Below are positions 28,412 to 37,826 of a stretch of DNA of 59,877 nucleotides, piece by piece. The translations under genes and the position numbers were made by a program. The notes under the pieces were generated by a model. It was not told the origin of the DNA, ran no database searches, and saw nothing but the letters and a program-made list of their open reading frames with translations. This DNA comes from Candidatus Nanopelagicales bacterium (GTDB lineage Bacteria > Actinomycetota > Actinomycetes > S36-B12 > UBA5976): the NCBI GenBank assembly GCA_023260395.1, contig JALQVI010000003.1, positions 1 through 59,877 on the forward strand. The letters run 5' to 3'. How positions within the stretch are numbered: position 1 is the stretch's first letter; each line of letters opens with the position of its first letter.

Positions 28412-28968
28412 GTGAAAAGTCGAATCTCTAATTGGCGAACCTGCTGAATGTAGAGCACTGCTGCGTACCAATACATAGCAATCCCCCACAACAAAAACGC
28501 CCAACCAAAAATGTGCGCCACATGGCCAAGAGTTCCCGCAAATGAACCTAACAATACAAGAGGGAGCGCATAGAGCAGATTCATTGTCGCGGCTTTTCCA
28601 ACGAAATGAACTGGCACCCCAGTAATCCCATTGCGCTTGAGGCCCAGCAGGACACCTGCCATAAGTACATCTCGAGCGATAATGATGACGGCCACCCACC
28701 AAGGCACAAGGTCGCGAACAACTAAGGCAATCAGTGTGGCTACGACATAAAGGCGATCTGCTGCAGGATCAAGAAGCTCCCCTAGCCGGCTGTATTGCTT
28801 CAGGCGACGGGCAAGGTAGCCGTCCAGCCAATCTGTAAAGGCACTGACAACCAACAAAATCATTGCCCAACCGTCTTTTTCGGGGCCGACAATCAGCCAA
28901 AAAAAGACAGGCACACCTAAGAGGCGCAACAAACTTAAAGCGTTTGGGATGGTTAAGTTGCTCGTCAT
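28408..28968 (-). CDS. CDP-alcohol phosphatidyltransferase (PgsA2/cardiolipin synthase-like)
   Basis: TIPNALS..R, TDWLDGYLARR..Q.S.LG..LDP.AD; Rv1822-like position. Confidence 0.9.
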   Translation of the reverse strand: MTSNLTIPNALSLLRLLGVPVFFWLIVGPEKDGWAMILLVVSAFTDWLDGYLARRLKQYSRLGELLDPAADRLYVVATLIALVVRDLVPWWVAVIIIARDVLMAGVLLGLKRNGITGVPVHFVGKAATMNLLYALPLVLLGSFAGTLGHVAHIFGWAFLLWGIAMYWYAAVLYIQQVRQLEIRLFT

Positions 28969-29537
28969 GATTTTGTGAGCTCAGCGATAATGCTTTCTGC
29001 AACTTCACGCACTGATACGCGTCGGTCCATTGCTGATTTTTGTATCCAACGAAACGCATCTGGTTCGGACATCTTCATGTGCAACTGCATGAGTCCTTTT
29101 GCGCGCTCCAACACCTTGCGAGTTTCGATTGTTAGTGCCAAGCCGTCGCGGTCTTCGGTTAATGCCCGAATGTCAGCGAATCGGCTCCTGGCAACTTCGA
29201 TTGCCGCCACAATTTCAGATCCAGAAAAAGGTTTGACGAGATAACCCATGACGCCGGCATCGGTAGCCGCTGCCACAATTTCCGTTTGACCAAACGCAGT
29301 CAGTAGCACGACAGGTACCTGGTCCCTAACGGCACGAGCAACCTCAATGCCGTCCATGTTTGGCATCTTGACGTCCAAGATTGCGATATCAGGAGCAAGC
29401 GTGTTGATCGCTTCGAGCGCTGCCTGGCCGTCGCCGGCTTGACCGACTACGTCATAACCTGCGCCTGTGAGGACTTCGATTAAATCCATTCGAATAATCG
29501 ACTCGTCGTCGGCAACCACGACACGGATTTGGCTCAT
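28965..29537 (-). CDS. pdtaR: ANTAR-domain response regulator (PdtaR-like)
   Basis: Receiver DDE..IRMDL, LDVKMP..DG, LTAF, YLVKP; ANTAR RKVLERAKGLM...SEPDAFRWIQKSAMDRR; divergent from tRNA-Leu. Confidence 0.88.
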   Translation of the reverse strand: MSQIRVVVADDESIIRMDLIEVLTGAGYDVVGQAGDGQAALEAINTLAPDIAILDVKMPNMDGIEVARAVRDQVPVVLLTAFGQTEIVAAATDAGVMGYLVKPFSGSEIVAAIEVARSRFADIRALTEDRDGLALTIETRKVLERAKGLMQLHMKMSEPDAFRWIQKSAMDRRVSVREVAESIIAELTKS

Positions 29538-29589
29538 AAGGTAAGCCTACGGTTTGAACCTGGGCGCGAACACTGTAACCTAGTGGGAC

Positions 29590-29666
29590 GCCCTGGTACT
29601 CCAACCGGCAGAGAGCGCGGTCTCAAACACCGTTCAGTGTGGGTTCGAATCCCACTCAGGGCACCA
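29590..29666 (+). tRNA. tRNA-Leu(CAA), short variable loop
   Basis: Acceptor GCCCTGG/TCAGGGC + ACCA; anticodon stem GCGGT/ACCGT with loop CT-CAA-AC (29624-29626); T arm GTGGG-TTCGAAT-CCCAC. Confidence 0.93.
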
Positions 29667-29678
29667 AACACGTTGAAT

Positions 29679-30077
29679 TTACAGCGTTATCTGGCTAGAG
29701 CGAACTGTCGCGATTTGGCCCAAAATCCCGTTGAGAAACTTTCCGGCTTCTTCGGAACCAATATTTGCCGCTACTTCTACGGCTTCCGAGATGATTACTG
29801 CCGAATCTAAAGCTGTATCGAAAAGTAATTCAGCCACTGCTACCCGCAAAATTGCACGGTCTACAGCTGGCATGCGGTCAAGTGACCAGTCTCGGGAATA
29901 CGTCGAAATAGTTTCATCAATACGCGGCAAATTTTCTTGGACCACACCGACGATAAATCCGGTGTATTCGTTTGCATCTGGATTGCGAGCAATGATTTCT
30001 GCTGGGTCAACGCTACGGACTTCAGCCTCGTAGAGAGCTTCGGCTGCGCGTTGACGTGCCTTTGTTCGGGTACGCAC
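29679..30077 (-). CDS. nusB: Transcription antitermination factor NusB
   Basis: RTKARQRA...LYEAE, WSLDRMPAVDRAILR, ISEAVE.A, FLNGILG. Confidence 0.95.
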   Translation of the reverse strand: MRTRTKARQRAAEALYEAEVRSVDPAEIIARNPDANEYTGFIVGVVQENLPRIDETISTYSRDWSLDRMPAVDRAILRVAVAELLFDTALDSAVIISEAVEVAANIGSEEAGKFLNGILGQIATVRSSQITL

Positions 30078-30637
30078 TAGTTGACGCGACCCAAGTACGA
30101 ACCATCGCGAGTGTCGACCTTGATCTTGGTGTTTGACTCCAAGAACAACGGCACCTTGATTTCTGCACCTGTTTCGAGTGTTGCTGGCTTGGTTCCAGCG
30201 CTAGAGCGATCGCCCTGAAGGCCAGGTTCTGTGTATGTGACCATGAGTTCAACGCTTGCTGGAAGTTCTAGGTAAATCGGAGCATCTTGGTAGATGGCTA
30301 CGACAGCTTCTTGATTCTCCAGCATGTAGTTGCGAGCATCGCCAACAATGGCATCCGAGACCGGGTACTGGTCGTAATTCTGGGTATCCATAAAGATCCA
30401 GTTTTCGCCATCGCGGTACAGGTACTGCATTTCGCGCTTATCAACCGAAGCCGTCTCAACGGAAACGCCAGCATTAAAAGTCTTGTCGACAACTTTGCCT
30501 GTCAGCACGTTCTTGAGCTTGGTACGAACGAATGCAGGTCCCTTGCCAGGCTTTACGTGCTGGAATTCAACGACAGTCCATAGGACGTTGTCGATGTTGA
30601 GTACAAGACCATTCTTGAGGTCGTTCGTGCTTGCCAC
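30077..30637 (-). CDS. efp: Elongation factor P
   Basis: [41 protein letters not shown]. Confidence 0.97.
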   Translation of the reverse strand: MASTNDLKNGLVLNIDNVLWTVVEFQHVKPGKGPAFVRTKLKNVLTGKVVDKTFNAGVSVETASVDKREMQYLYRDGENWIFMDTQNYDQYPVSDAIVGDARNYMLENQEAVVAIYQDAPIYLELPASVELMVTYTEPGLQGDRSSAGTKPATLETGAEIKVPLFLESNTKIKVDTRDGSYLGRVN

Positions 30638-30655
30638 GAGCTGCTCCTTTATGCG

Positions 30656-31705
30656 TTAACCGAGGCTAATGAGGTCATACGAAAACTCGGTCAAATTTTC
30701 GTAACCTTGTGGCGTGATGAGCAATGTGTCCTCGACGCGAACTCCACCACGATCAGCCAGATAGATACCTGGTTCGACCGTGAACACCATTCCAGGCTCA
30801 ATCTTAGCCTGTTGCGAGGCACTAAAGAACGGGTCCTCGTGGATGGCGAGTCCTACTCCGTGGCCCAAACCATGTTGAAAAGTCGCGGCATATTCGGGGT
30901 TAGTAATTGCAGATCGGGCAGCTGTGTTGACTTCGGCGAATGTGCGCCCAATACCAATTGCATTCCGGCCAGCCGTCTGTGCGGCAAGCACTTGGTTGTA
31001 CACCTGGCGTTGCCAGTCGCTTGGATGACCAATGACAAAAGTTCGGGTGCAATCAGAGTGGTAACCATTCACAGCGGCGCCAAAATCGATTTTGAGGAAG
31101 TCCCCATCGGTAAGGAAGCGATCCGTTGGTTGGTGGTGTGGGATGGCACTGTGTGGTCCCGAAGCAACGATAGTTTCGAATGCAATTGCATGAGCTCCGA
31201 AATCTAATATTGTTGAATCAAGCAAACGAGCGACTTGGCGTTCACTCATTCCCTCGTGAATGTGGGAGGACACTTCGCGAAGAGCTCGAGTTGAAATAGC
31301 GCACGCTTGGCGTATCAATGCAATTTCCGCTTCGTCTTTAACTATGCGAAGTTGTTCAATTCGAGCACTCGTGCCAGTGGTCGTTGCGTGAGGAACGGTC
31401 GCCAATAAACGTTCGTGACGTTCGATGGTCAAGTGGGACTTTTCGAACAAGACCTCGTTGATGTTTCGTGTGAGTTCTTGATCTGGGTAAAGGTTGCCAG
31501 TTGCCGAAATTGAAACTCCAGTGGTCTCGGAGCCTGCCTGAATGAGGTATCTCGAGTCGGTCAGCAAAGTGGCGTTGTGTGTGGTGACAAAAAGCGCGCC
31601 AAACGATCCCGTGAATCCACACAGGTACCTGATATTGAGAGCATCTGAAACATAGAAAGCTTGGCTAACGTCAAGCGATTGTTGGATGCGGCTGAGTCTG
31701 GTCAC
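30656..31705 (-). CDS. pepQ: Xaa-Pro peptidase (M24)
   Basis: DFGA..GYHSDCTRT, HGLGHGVGLAIHE, TVEPGIY, GVRVED; upstream of efp. Confidence 0.9.
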   Translation of the reverse strand: MTRLSRIQQSLDVSQAFYVSDALNIRYLCGFTGSFGALFVTTHNATLLTDSRYLIQAGSETTGVSISATGNLYPDQELTRNINEVLFEKSHLTIERHERLLATVPHATTTGTSARIEQLRIVKDEAEIALIRQACAISTRALREVSSHIHEGMSERQVARLLDSTILDFGAHAIAFETIVASGPHSAIPHHQPTDRFLTDGDFLKIDFGAAVNGYHSDCTRTFVIGHPSDWQRQVYNQVLAAQTAGRNAIGIGRTFAEVNTAARSAITNPEYAATFQHGLGHGVGLAIHEDPFFSASQQAKIEPGMVFTVEPGIYLADRGGVRVEDTLLITPQGYENLTEFSYDLISLG

Positions 31706-32130
31706 AGGTTTAATAGCGCTCGCAATGCGAGCAAGTACGAGTTCGCACCAAAACCGCTGATAGTTCCATGAGCTATGCCAGAAATGAGCGAAGTATGACG
31801 AAACTCTTCACGCTTTATCGGATTGCTGAGGTGAACTTCGATGATTGGTGCACTACACATTGCTGCTGCATCGCGAATTGCAACTGAGTAGTGAGTGAAG
31901 GCAGCCGGATTGAAAACTAGCGGGGTTTTGTTTTCAGCGGCTTCGTGTAGCCAGCCAATCAAAACTGATTCGTCGTTTGATTGCCGAAAATCAATTTCCA
32001 TGTCGTTAGCAGCACCAAATTCATGGCACAACTGTTCGATGTCTGACAGTGTGAGTGCGCCATAGACATCTGGTTCGCGTGTTCCAAGTTTGTCTAAGTT
32101 GGGGCCGTTAAGAACCATGACTTTGCGCAT
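31702..32130 (-). CDS. aroQ: Type II 3-dehydroquinate dehydratase
   Basis: LNGPNL..LGTREP.VYG, NPAAFTHYS, EVHLSN...RE.FRH.S. Confidence 0.95.
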   Translation of the reverse strand: MRKVMVLNGPNLDKLGTREPDVYGALTLSDIEQLCHEFGAANDMEIDFRQSNDESVLIGWLHEAAENKTPLVFNPAAFTHYSVAIRDAAAMCSAPIIEVHLSNPIKREEFRHTSLISGIAHGTISGFGANSYLLALRALLNL

Positions 32131-32133
32131 GGT

Positions 32134-33210
32134 TTAAGGATTCACTATTTCTTTGTATGCAGCAAATAGCAACGCCGGAGCTGGACCTGTGAGAATCGCT
32201 GGTGTCGCCACATCTTTGAGGATGACGAATCGTAATTGATCTCCGCGAGTCTTTTTGTCCATCTTCATAGCTGAGAGTAAATCGTCCCAATTGCCTGACG
32301 TATAAGCCGTTGGCAGGCCCACTGCTTTGAGAACGCGGCGGTGTCGATCGACAAGCTCGCGACTCATCCAGCCATCGAGATGAGCTAATTCGGCAACGTA
32401 AACCATGCCGACTGCAACAGCATTGCCATGGCGCCAGGTGTAGTTCTCGCTACGTTCGATTGCATGTGCAAACGTGTGGCCGTAGTTCAAAATCTCACGT
32501 CCGACATTGGTGCCCAACGTTTCTTTGAGGTCGTTACCCACAACATCTGCTTTGACCTGAATTGCCCGGCTGATAATTTCTTCGGTGTGCGTCCAGTACG
32601 GGCTACGCGCGCCAACTGGATCCGACTCGATGAGTTCAAGAATGCGCGAGTCGCGAATGAATCCAGCCTTGATGATTTCGGCTAAACCGCTGACGTAATC
32701 ATCAGAGTTCTGAGTGCTGAGAAAATCCAAATCGCACAAGACTGCAAGTGGCGAGTAAAAGGAACCGACAAGGTTCTTGCCAACGCTTGTATTGATGCCA
32801 GTCTTGCCGCCAACGGCTGCATCGACCATGGCCAACAAGGTGGTCGGGATGTGAATGAGGCGAACACCTCGAAGCCAGGTGGCCGCTACGAAACCTGCTA
32901 GATCTGTTGTTGCTCCCCCACCGAGCGAAATAACGGTGTCATTGCGAGTGAAGCCTTCGCGCCCGAGGGCATCCCAACAGAACCGAAGCACATCAGCAGT
33001 TTTTGCGGATTCGGCATCGGGAATTTGGATGGTGATTGCTTTTACGTTCGTCAAACTTGCCCGCAGCGCTTCGCCAGTAGTTGCAAGAGCTTCCGGATGA
33101 ATAATTGCGACACGATCGCTGTCACCAAGGAACTCCACTATTCGTTGGATTGAACCGTGTCCAATTTCCACGTTGTAGGTAATGTCGGCATTTACCGTAA
33201 TTGCTGTCAT
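32134..33210 (-). CDS. aroB: 3-dehydroquinate synthase
   Basis: LGGGATTDLAGF, PTTLLAMVDAAVGGKTGIN, LNYGHT..HAIE, HG.AV..GM. Confidence 0.96.
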   Translation of the reverse strand: MTAITVNADITYNVEIGHGSIQRIVEFLGDSDRVAIIHPEALATTGEALRASLTNVKAITIQIPDAESAKTADVLRFCWDALGREGFTRNDTVISLGGGATTDLAGFVAATWLRGVRLIHIPTTLLAMVDAAVGGKTGINTSVGKNLVGSFYSPLAVLCDLDFLSTQNSDDYVSGLAEIIKAGFIRDSRILELIESDPVGARSPYWTHTEEIISRAIQVKADVVGNDLKETLGTNVGREILNYGHTFAHAIERSENYTWRHGNAVAVGMVYVAELAHLDGWMSRELVDRHRRVLKAVGLPTAYTSGNWDDLLSAMKMDKKTRGDQLRFVILKDVATPAILTGPAPALLFAAYKEIVNP

Positions 33211-33722
33211 GCAGTGATACCTGCCTCGGCAAGTACAGCTAATGCTGCGTGAGTGACTTCCTCGATCGTTAATTCAGAAGTGTCTACCGCGAGATTTGCC
33301 GCTTCTCGGTAAATCGGTTCGCGAGCTGTCATAAGCGAAGCCAATTGGCCGCGCACATTGCCAAGGAGCAATGGACGATTGCGGTTCAGTCCTACGCGAT
33401 CGACAGCTTGTGCAAGTCCAGTTTGTAGCCACAAAACCGTATGCGCTTTGACCAGTTCGCGAGTTGCTTCGTTACCCAGTGCACCGCCACCAAGAGAAAC
33501 AACTGCATCAGGGCCAGCCAATACATCTGCAATCGTGTCTGCTTCAAGTTTGCGAAATGCTGGTTCACCATCAGTAGTAAAAATGTCAGCGATAGGTTTG
33601 CCAGCGCGCTGCTCGATGACATGATCTGAATCTACAAACGGCCGACCAAGATGGGCTGCGATTAATTCGCCGATGGTGCTTTTGCCAGCTCCTGGAACGC
33701 CAATGAGAACGATGCTCGCCAC
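33207..33722 (-). CDS. aroK: Shikimate kinase
   Basis: GVPGAGKSTIG, GEPAFR..E, SLGGG, RPLL. Confidence 0.95.
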   Translation of the reverse strand: MASIVLIGVPGAGKSTIGELIAAHLGRPFVDSDHVIEQRAGKPIADIFTTDGEPAFRKLEADTIADVLAGPDAVVSLGGGALGNEATRELVKAHTVLWLQTGLAQAVDRVGLNRNRPLLLGNVRGQLASLMTAREPIYREAANLAVDTSELTIEEVTHAALAVLAEAGITA

Positions 33723-33724
33723 GA

Positions 33725-34900
33725 TTAACGACCTAGGTGCGCTTTGTAAGACTCGATGTTTCGAGCTGTTTCCGTGACGTGATCGCCGCCGAATTTATCC
33801 AACAGTGCTTCGGCTAAAACTAAGGCAACCATGGCTTCGGCTACCACGCCAGCTGCCGGTACCGCACATGCATCAGAGCGTTGATTGATGGCAACTGCAC
33901 TTTCACCGGTAGAAACATCCACCGTTTCCAGTGCTTTTGGAACGGTAGAAATTGGTTTCATAGCAGCGCGCACTCGAAGTACATCGCCAGTGCTCATGCC
34001 GCCTTCGGTTCCACCTGCGCGACCTGATCGACGACGTAAGGTTCCTTCGTCGTTAAAGATTTCATCGTGCGCAACGGTGCCACGTCGACGTGCAGTCTCA
34101 AAACCGTCACCGACTTCGACACCCTTAATGGCTTGGATACCCATGAGGGCAGCGGCTAACTTGCTGTCGAGACGGCGGTCCCAGTGAGTGTGTGAACCTA
34201 AACCAACAGGCAAGTTGTATGCCAGAACTTCAACTACTCCACCGATAGTGTCACCGTCGGAGTGAGCTGATGAAATCTCGGCTTGCATGGCAGCACTTGC
34301 CGAGCGTGAGAAGCAACGAACTGGATCTTCGTCAATGGAATTTAAGTCGTCATATGTTGGGAGTTCATCAGTGTCGGTTTCAACGGGTCCGATCGAGACG
34401 ACGTGACTAAGAATCTGAATTCCTGCTGCTTGATCGAGGAATTGTTTGGCAATTTCGCCAAGGGCTACACGTGCAGCTGTTTCACGGGCACTGGCACGTT
34501 CCAAAATCGGGCGAATGTCGTCAAGCGAAAACTTTTGCATTCCAGCTAGGTCAGCATGGCCGGGACGCGGACGCGTCAACGGTGCGCTACGCGCGATATT
34601 TTCAAGTGCAGCGGCATCGACTGGATCCGCTGACATGACGACGTCCCATTTGGGCCATTCAGAGTTTGCAATGTTGAGTGCAATTGGACCGCCCATGGAA
34701 ACGCCATGACGAATCCCACCGGTGATCGTCACTGCATCTTGTTCAAACTTCATGCGTGCTCCGCGGCCAAATCCGAGGCGGCGTCGTGCCAAAGCATCCG
34801 TGATGTTTTGAGTAGTGCACTGGACACCAGCTGGTAACCCATCAATCACACCAGTCAGAGCCTGGCCGTGCGATTCACCTGCGGTTAGCCATCTCAACAT
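33725..34900 (-). CDS. aroC: Chorismate synthase
   Basis: [47 protein letters not shown]. Confidence 0.97.
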   Translation of the reverse strand: MLRWLTAGESHGQALTGVIDGLPAGVQCTTQNITDALARRRLGFGRGARMKFEQDAVTITGGIRHGVSMGGPIALNIANSEWPKWDVVMSADPVDAAALENIARSAPLTRPRPGHADLAGMQKFSLDDIRPILERASARETAARVALGEIAKQFLDQAAGIQILSHVVSIGPVETDTDELPTYDDLNSIDEDPVRCFSRSASAAMQAEISSAHSDGDTIGGVVEVLAYNLPVGLGSHTHWDRRLDSKLAAALMGIQAIKGVEVGDGFETARRRGTVAHDEIFNDEGTLRRRSGRAGGTEGGMSTGDVLRVRAAMKPISTVPKALETVDVSTGESAVAINQRSDACAVPAAGVVAEAMVALVLAEALLDKFGGDHVTETARNIESYKAHLGR

Positions 34901-34933
34901 GTCCCTATTCTTTCATGTTCGGCTAGAACAAGG

Positions 34934-35446
34934 CTAATTTAGGCTCGACACGGCCACCATAAGGACGGTGGCAACGGTCATAAATGGCCCAAAGGCAATT
35001 CTGGACTTGCGATTTAATTTGCCGGTTAGCATCCCGATAATTGCGACGATGCCACCAATTACAAAAGTCAGCAATACACACTGCACAGCGACACTCAGAT
35101 GTGACGTGCTGGCTGCTGAGTAATAACCCAGCACTAAGCCGTTAGCTGCTGAATACTTAACGTCACCCATTCCCAAACTGCCACGGCTAGCCAAGTACAG
35201 GCCAGCGTAGACCATTGTCATCATTAAGGCAGTAACAATTGCAGACTTCAACGCGCCAACTTCGCCGGAAACGACACTGAGTAGCACTTCACTCGAAATG
35301 ATGATCACAGTTAACAAGGCAACATCTCTGTTGGGTAAGCGATGAGTGCGCAAGTCAATTATTGATAGCCAGCTGCCGTATACCGTCAGAATTGAGATTG
35401 GCAAAAGATACAGCAGGACGCCAGCAACGACGATGATGATGTCCAT
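34934..35446 (-). CDS. Prepilin peptidase-like A24 aspartic peptidase
   Basis: IDLRTHRLPN and GMGDVK catalytic Asp motifs, IAFGPF; very hydrophobic. Confidence 0.82.
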   Translation of the reverse strand: MDIIIVVAGVLLYLLPISILTVYGSWLSIIDLRTHRLPNRDVALLTVIIISSEVLLSVVSGEVGALKSAIVTALMMTMVYAGLYLASRGSLGMGDVKYSAANGLVLGYYSAASTSHLSVAVQCVLLTFVIGGIVAIIGMLTGKLNRKSRIAFGPFMTVATVLMVAVSSLN

Positions 35447-35448
35447 AG

Positions 35449-36258
35449 TTAGCGTTCAAGTAATGCTTGCATAAGTGCAGTTCGCATTGCGTGCAGCGGG
35501 GCTTCACGTCCTGTCATGAGTTCGACTTGCTTGGCCGCTTGATGAAGCAGCATCAAGTAGCCCGGAATTGCGATGCAATCCTGAGCGTGCCAACGAGAAG
35601 CTAATGCCGATGGCCATGGATGATAGACGACGTCGAGTATCGGTCCTTGTGGGTCAATTACTAAATCCGCGATGCTATCGGCTGCGCCTGCAGGAGTGGT
35701 ATTGATAGTCAGGGTCTCGTTTGTGAACTGCACATCAGCAAGTGCGACGTCACGGAACTCAATGCCGAGCTTTTGGGCAATTGATTCGCATTCAAATAGA
35801 GCCTTGTGGTTCCGAGCGACGGCTTGAATTGATGTGATGCCTAACTGGCTGGCTGCCACGATACTTGAACGTGCTGTGGCACCTGATCCGAAAATCACTG
35901 CTGACGACAAATCATGAGATGTCATCTCTCGAACTGCTTGGACAATTCCAATGACATCTGTGTTGTCGGCAGTTAACTGCGGTCCGATTATTAAAGTGTT
36001 AATAGCTCGTGCCAGGAGTGCGACCGGGCTAACTTCATCTGCTACGTCAAAGGCAACTTCTTTGAGCGGCATTGTCAGCGACAGACCTAACCATGATTCA
36101 TCAAGGGTTCTGATGAAACTCGGAAAAGTTTCCTCGGTTACTTCTATAGCTTGATAATCATGATCAAGGCCCAAATCTGTATACGCTGCGCGATGTAAAA
36201 CTGGTGAAAGTGAATGGGAAATAGGGCTACCCAAAACTGCGGCGTGCATAGCTAGCAC
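35449..36258 (-). CDS. aroE: Shikimate dehydrogenase
   Basis: GSPISHSLSP.LH, SLTMPLK, AINT, DNTD..G, GSGATA; start may be ATG 36249. Confidence 0.93.
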   Translation of the reverse strand: MLAMHAAVLGSPISHSLSPVLHRAAYTDLGLDHDYQAIEVTEETFPSFIRTLDESWLGLSLTMPLKEVAFDVADEVSPVALLARAINTLIIGPQLTADNTDVIGIVQAVREMTSHDLSSAVIFGSGATARSSIVAASQLGITSIQAVARNHKALFECESIAQKLGIEFRDVALADVQFTNETLTINTTPAGAADSIADLVIDPQGPILDVVYHPWPSALASRWHAQDCIAIPGYLMLLHQAAKQVELMTGREAPLHAMRTALMQALLER

Positions 36259-37373
36259 TTCCCAGGATTGTCGGAACAGTACTTGAGGAACTCGTTCTTG
36301 ATCGTGAGGAACTCTGAATACGATTTAGTGAATTTTGTTTCCTGAGTGTCCAAATTAACTGTTGTGAAGTACAGCCAATCCCCAGCTGCTGGATTGAGAG
36401 CAGCAGTAATGGCAGCTTCGCCTGGGTTACCGACTGGTGTTGGTGGAAGTCCATCATGCAAGTACGTGTTGTATGGCGTGTCCTTGTTGAGTTGGTCATT
36501 AGTCAAAATGATGTCGGACTTTCCCAGACCGTAATTCACTGTGGAATCGAATTGCAGTCGCATTGGCGCTTTGAGTCTGTTGTAAACAACACGTGAAACT
36601 TTTGCGAAATCGCGAGGGTGCCCTTCGACTTCTACGAGCGAGGCGATGGTGATGATTTGTTGTGGCGTCATGTTGAGTGCCGCTGCTTTTGATTCGAGAT
36701 CAAGGTTGGCAACAACGGACATATATTTGTTGACCATGTCTTTGAGAATCGAAGCCGCAGTTGCATCCGGTGCGATGTCGTAAGTAGCTGGAAACAAAAA
36801 GCCTTCGGGATTTCCCTTGGCATAGGACGGCAGTCCAAGTGCATTGGTGTCTTTGAGGGCTGTTTCGAATTCGCTGCGCGGGATTCCAGTCTTTTTGGTT
36901 AATGTGTCAAGAATCCACGAGGCTCGTTTACCCTCTGGGATAACAACTTGGTGGACATTTCGCGAAGCTGGGTTGAGTAAAGCAAGCAAAGCTTCGGCTG
37001 CCTTCATGTGTGTCTTTAAGTTGTAGAACCCAGGCTGAATCGAAGCGCTATCTTGATTGTCGGCCGCAGCTTTAGTGAATGCATCTACTGAAGCAACGAT
37101 GTTCTTGGCCTTAAGTTGATTTCCAATTTGGGCCAGTGTTTGTCCCTGCGAAATTTCAAAAACAACGGCAGAGCCGACTTCGCCAGAGAAGTCGGCAGGA
37201 CCTGAAAAATGTTTCAGAACTTTTGGCACGGCAACCGCGATAGAACCAACGACCAGAGCGATTACGAGTAATGCGATAAGAAAGCCACGAGCGCGTTTGG
37301 GTTCTTTTGGAGCTTGGTGGGACTTCGGTTGATTATTGCCACTTGGCTCGGCGAAGATGTCGAGGTTGCTCAC
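36252..37373 (-). CDS. mltG: Endolytic transglycosylase MltG
   Basis: TM anchor, IPEG, EGFLFPATY, IASLVE.E, VYNRL...LQ.DST, PYNTY...GLPP.P..NPG. Confidence 0.93.
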   Translation of the reverse strand: MSNLDIFAEPSGNNQPKSHQAPKEPKRARGFLIALLVIALVVGSIAVAVPKVLKHFSGPADFSGEVGSAVVFEISQGQTLAQIGNQLKAKNIVASVDAFTKAAADNQDSASIQPGFYNLKTHMKAAEALLALLNPASRNVHQVVIPEGKRASWILDTLTKKTGIPRSEFETALKDTNALGLPSYAKGNPEGFLFPATYDIAPDATAASILKDMVNKYMSVVANLDLESKAAALNMTPQQIITIASLVEVEGHPRDFAKVSRVVYNRLKAPMRLQFDSTVNYGLGKSDIILTNDQLNKDTPYNTYLHDGLPPTPVGNPGEAAITAALNPAAGDWLYFTTVNLDTQETKFTKSYSEFLTIKNEFLKYCSDNPGKC

Positions 37374-37375
37374 GT

Positions 37376-37825
37376 TTACTCCCCTACGGGTTCGCCTGCC
37401 AGTACATTTCGCTTGGATTCATAATCAAGCGCATGTTCGAGAATGACGATTGCCGCGGCTTGATCAATGATGTCCTTAGACGATTGTGCCGTATGACCTG
37501 CAGAACGTAAGGCAGAAGCCGCCGAGACTGTGGAAAGTCGCTCGTCAACGAGGCGAATTTCGCAGGAAACCAAGGGCTTGAGCGAACTGGCAAAGTCCAA
37601 CGCGTACTGAGTTGACCCAGTGTGCTCTCCTTGCAAATTCAAGGGCAGCCCAACATAAATCACAATCGGTTCATATTCGTTAATGATTGCGGCAATGTCT
37701 GCGACTGACTTCTCTTTGACTTTGATAGTTGCTACTGGGAGCGCCATCGTGCCTTCGGGGTCAGTCCGCGCCAAACCTACACGGCTCTGGCCAACATCAA
37801 CGCTGAAGCGAATGCCTCGAATCAC
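37376..37825 (-). CDS. ruvX: RuvX/YqgF nuclease
   Basis: VDVG..RVGLA, VGLP, VDERLST, IDQAAA. Confidence 0.92.
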   Translation of the reverse strand: MIRGIRFSVDVGQSRVGLARTDPEGTMALPVATIKVKEKSVADIAAIINEYEPIVIYVGLPLNLQGEHTGSTQYALDFASSLKPLVSCEIRLVDERLSTVSAASALRSAGHTAQSSKDIIDQAAAIVILEHALDYESKRNVLAGEPVGE

Positions 37826-37826
37826 A

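Noticed and set aside
28412..28702. Long N-terminal extension of the DUF881 ORF in the track (similar extensions for ruvA, the MerR gene, gcvP, pup, tatA)
   Set aside because: Extensions overlap upstream genes or leaders; better starts with RBS or stop-start coupling exist downstream
29640..29700. tRNA-Leu as an integration site for an island
   Set aside because: No duplicated tRNA 3' end or integrase seen; nusB follows immediately
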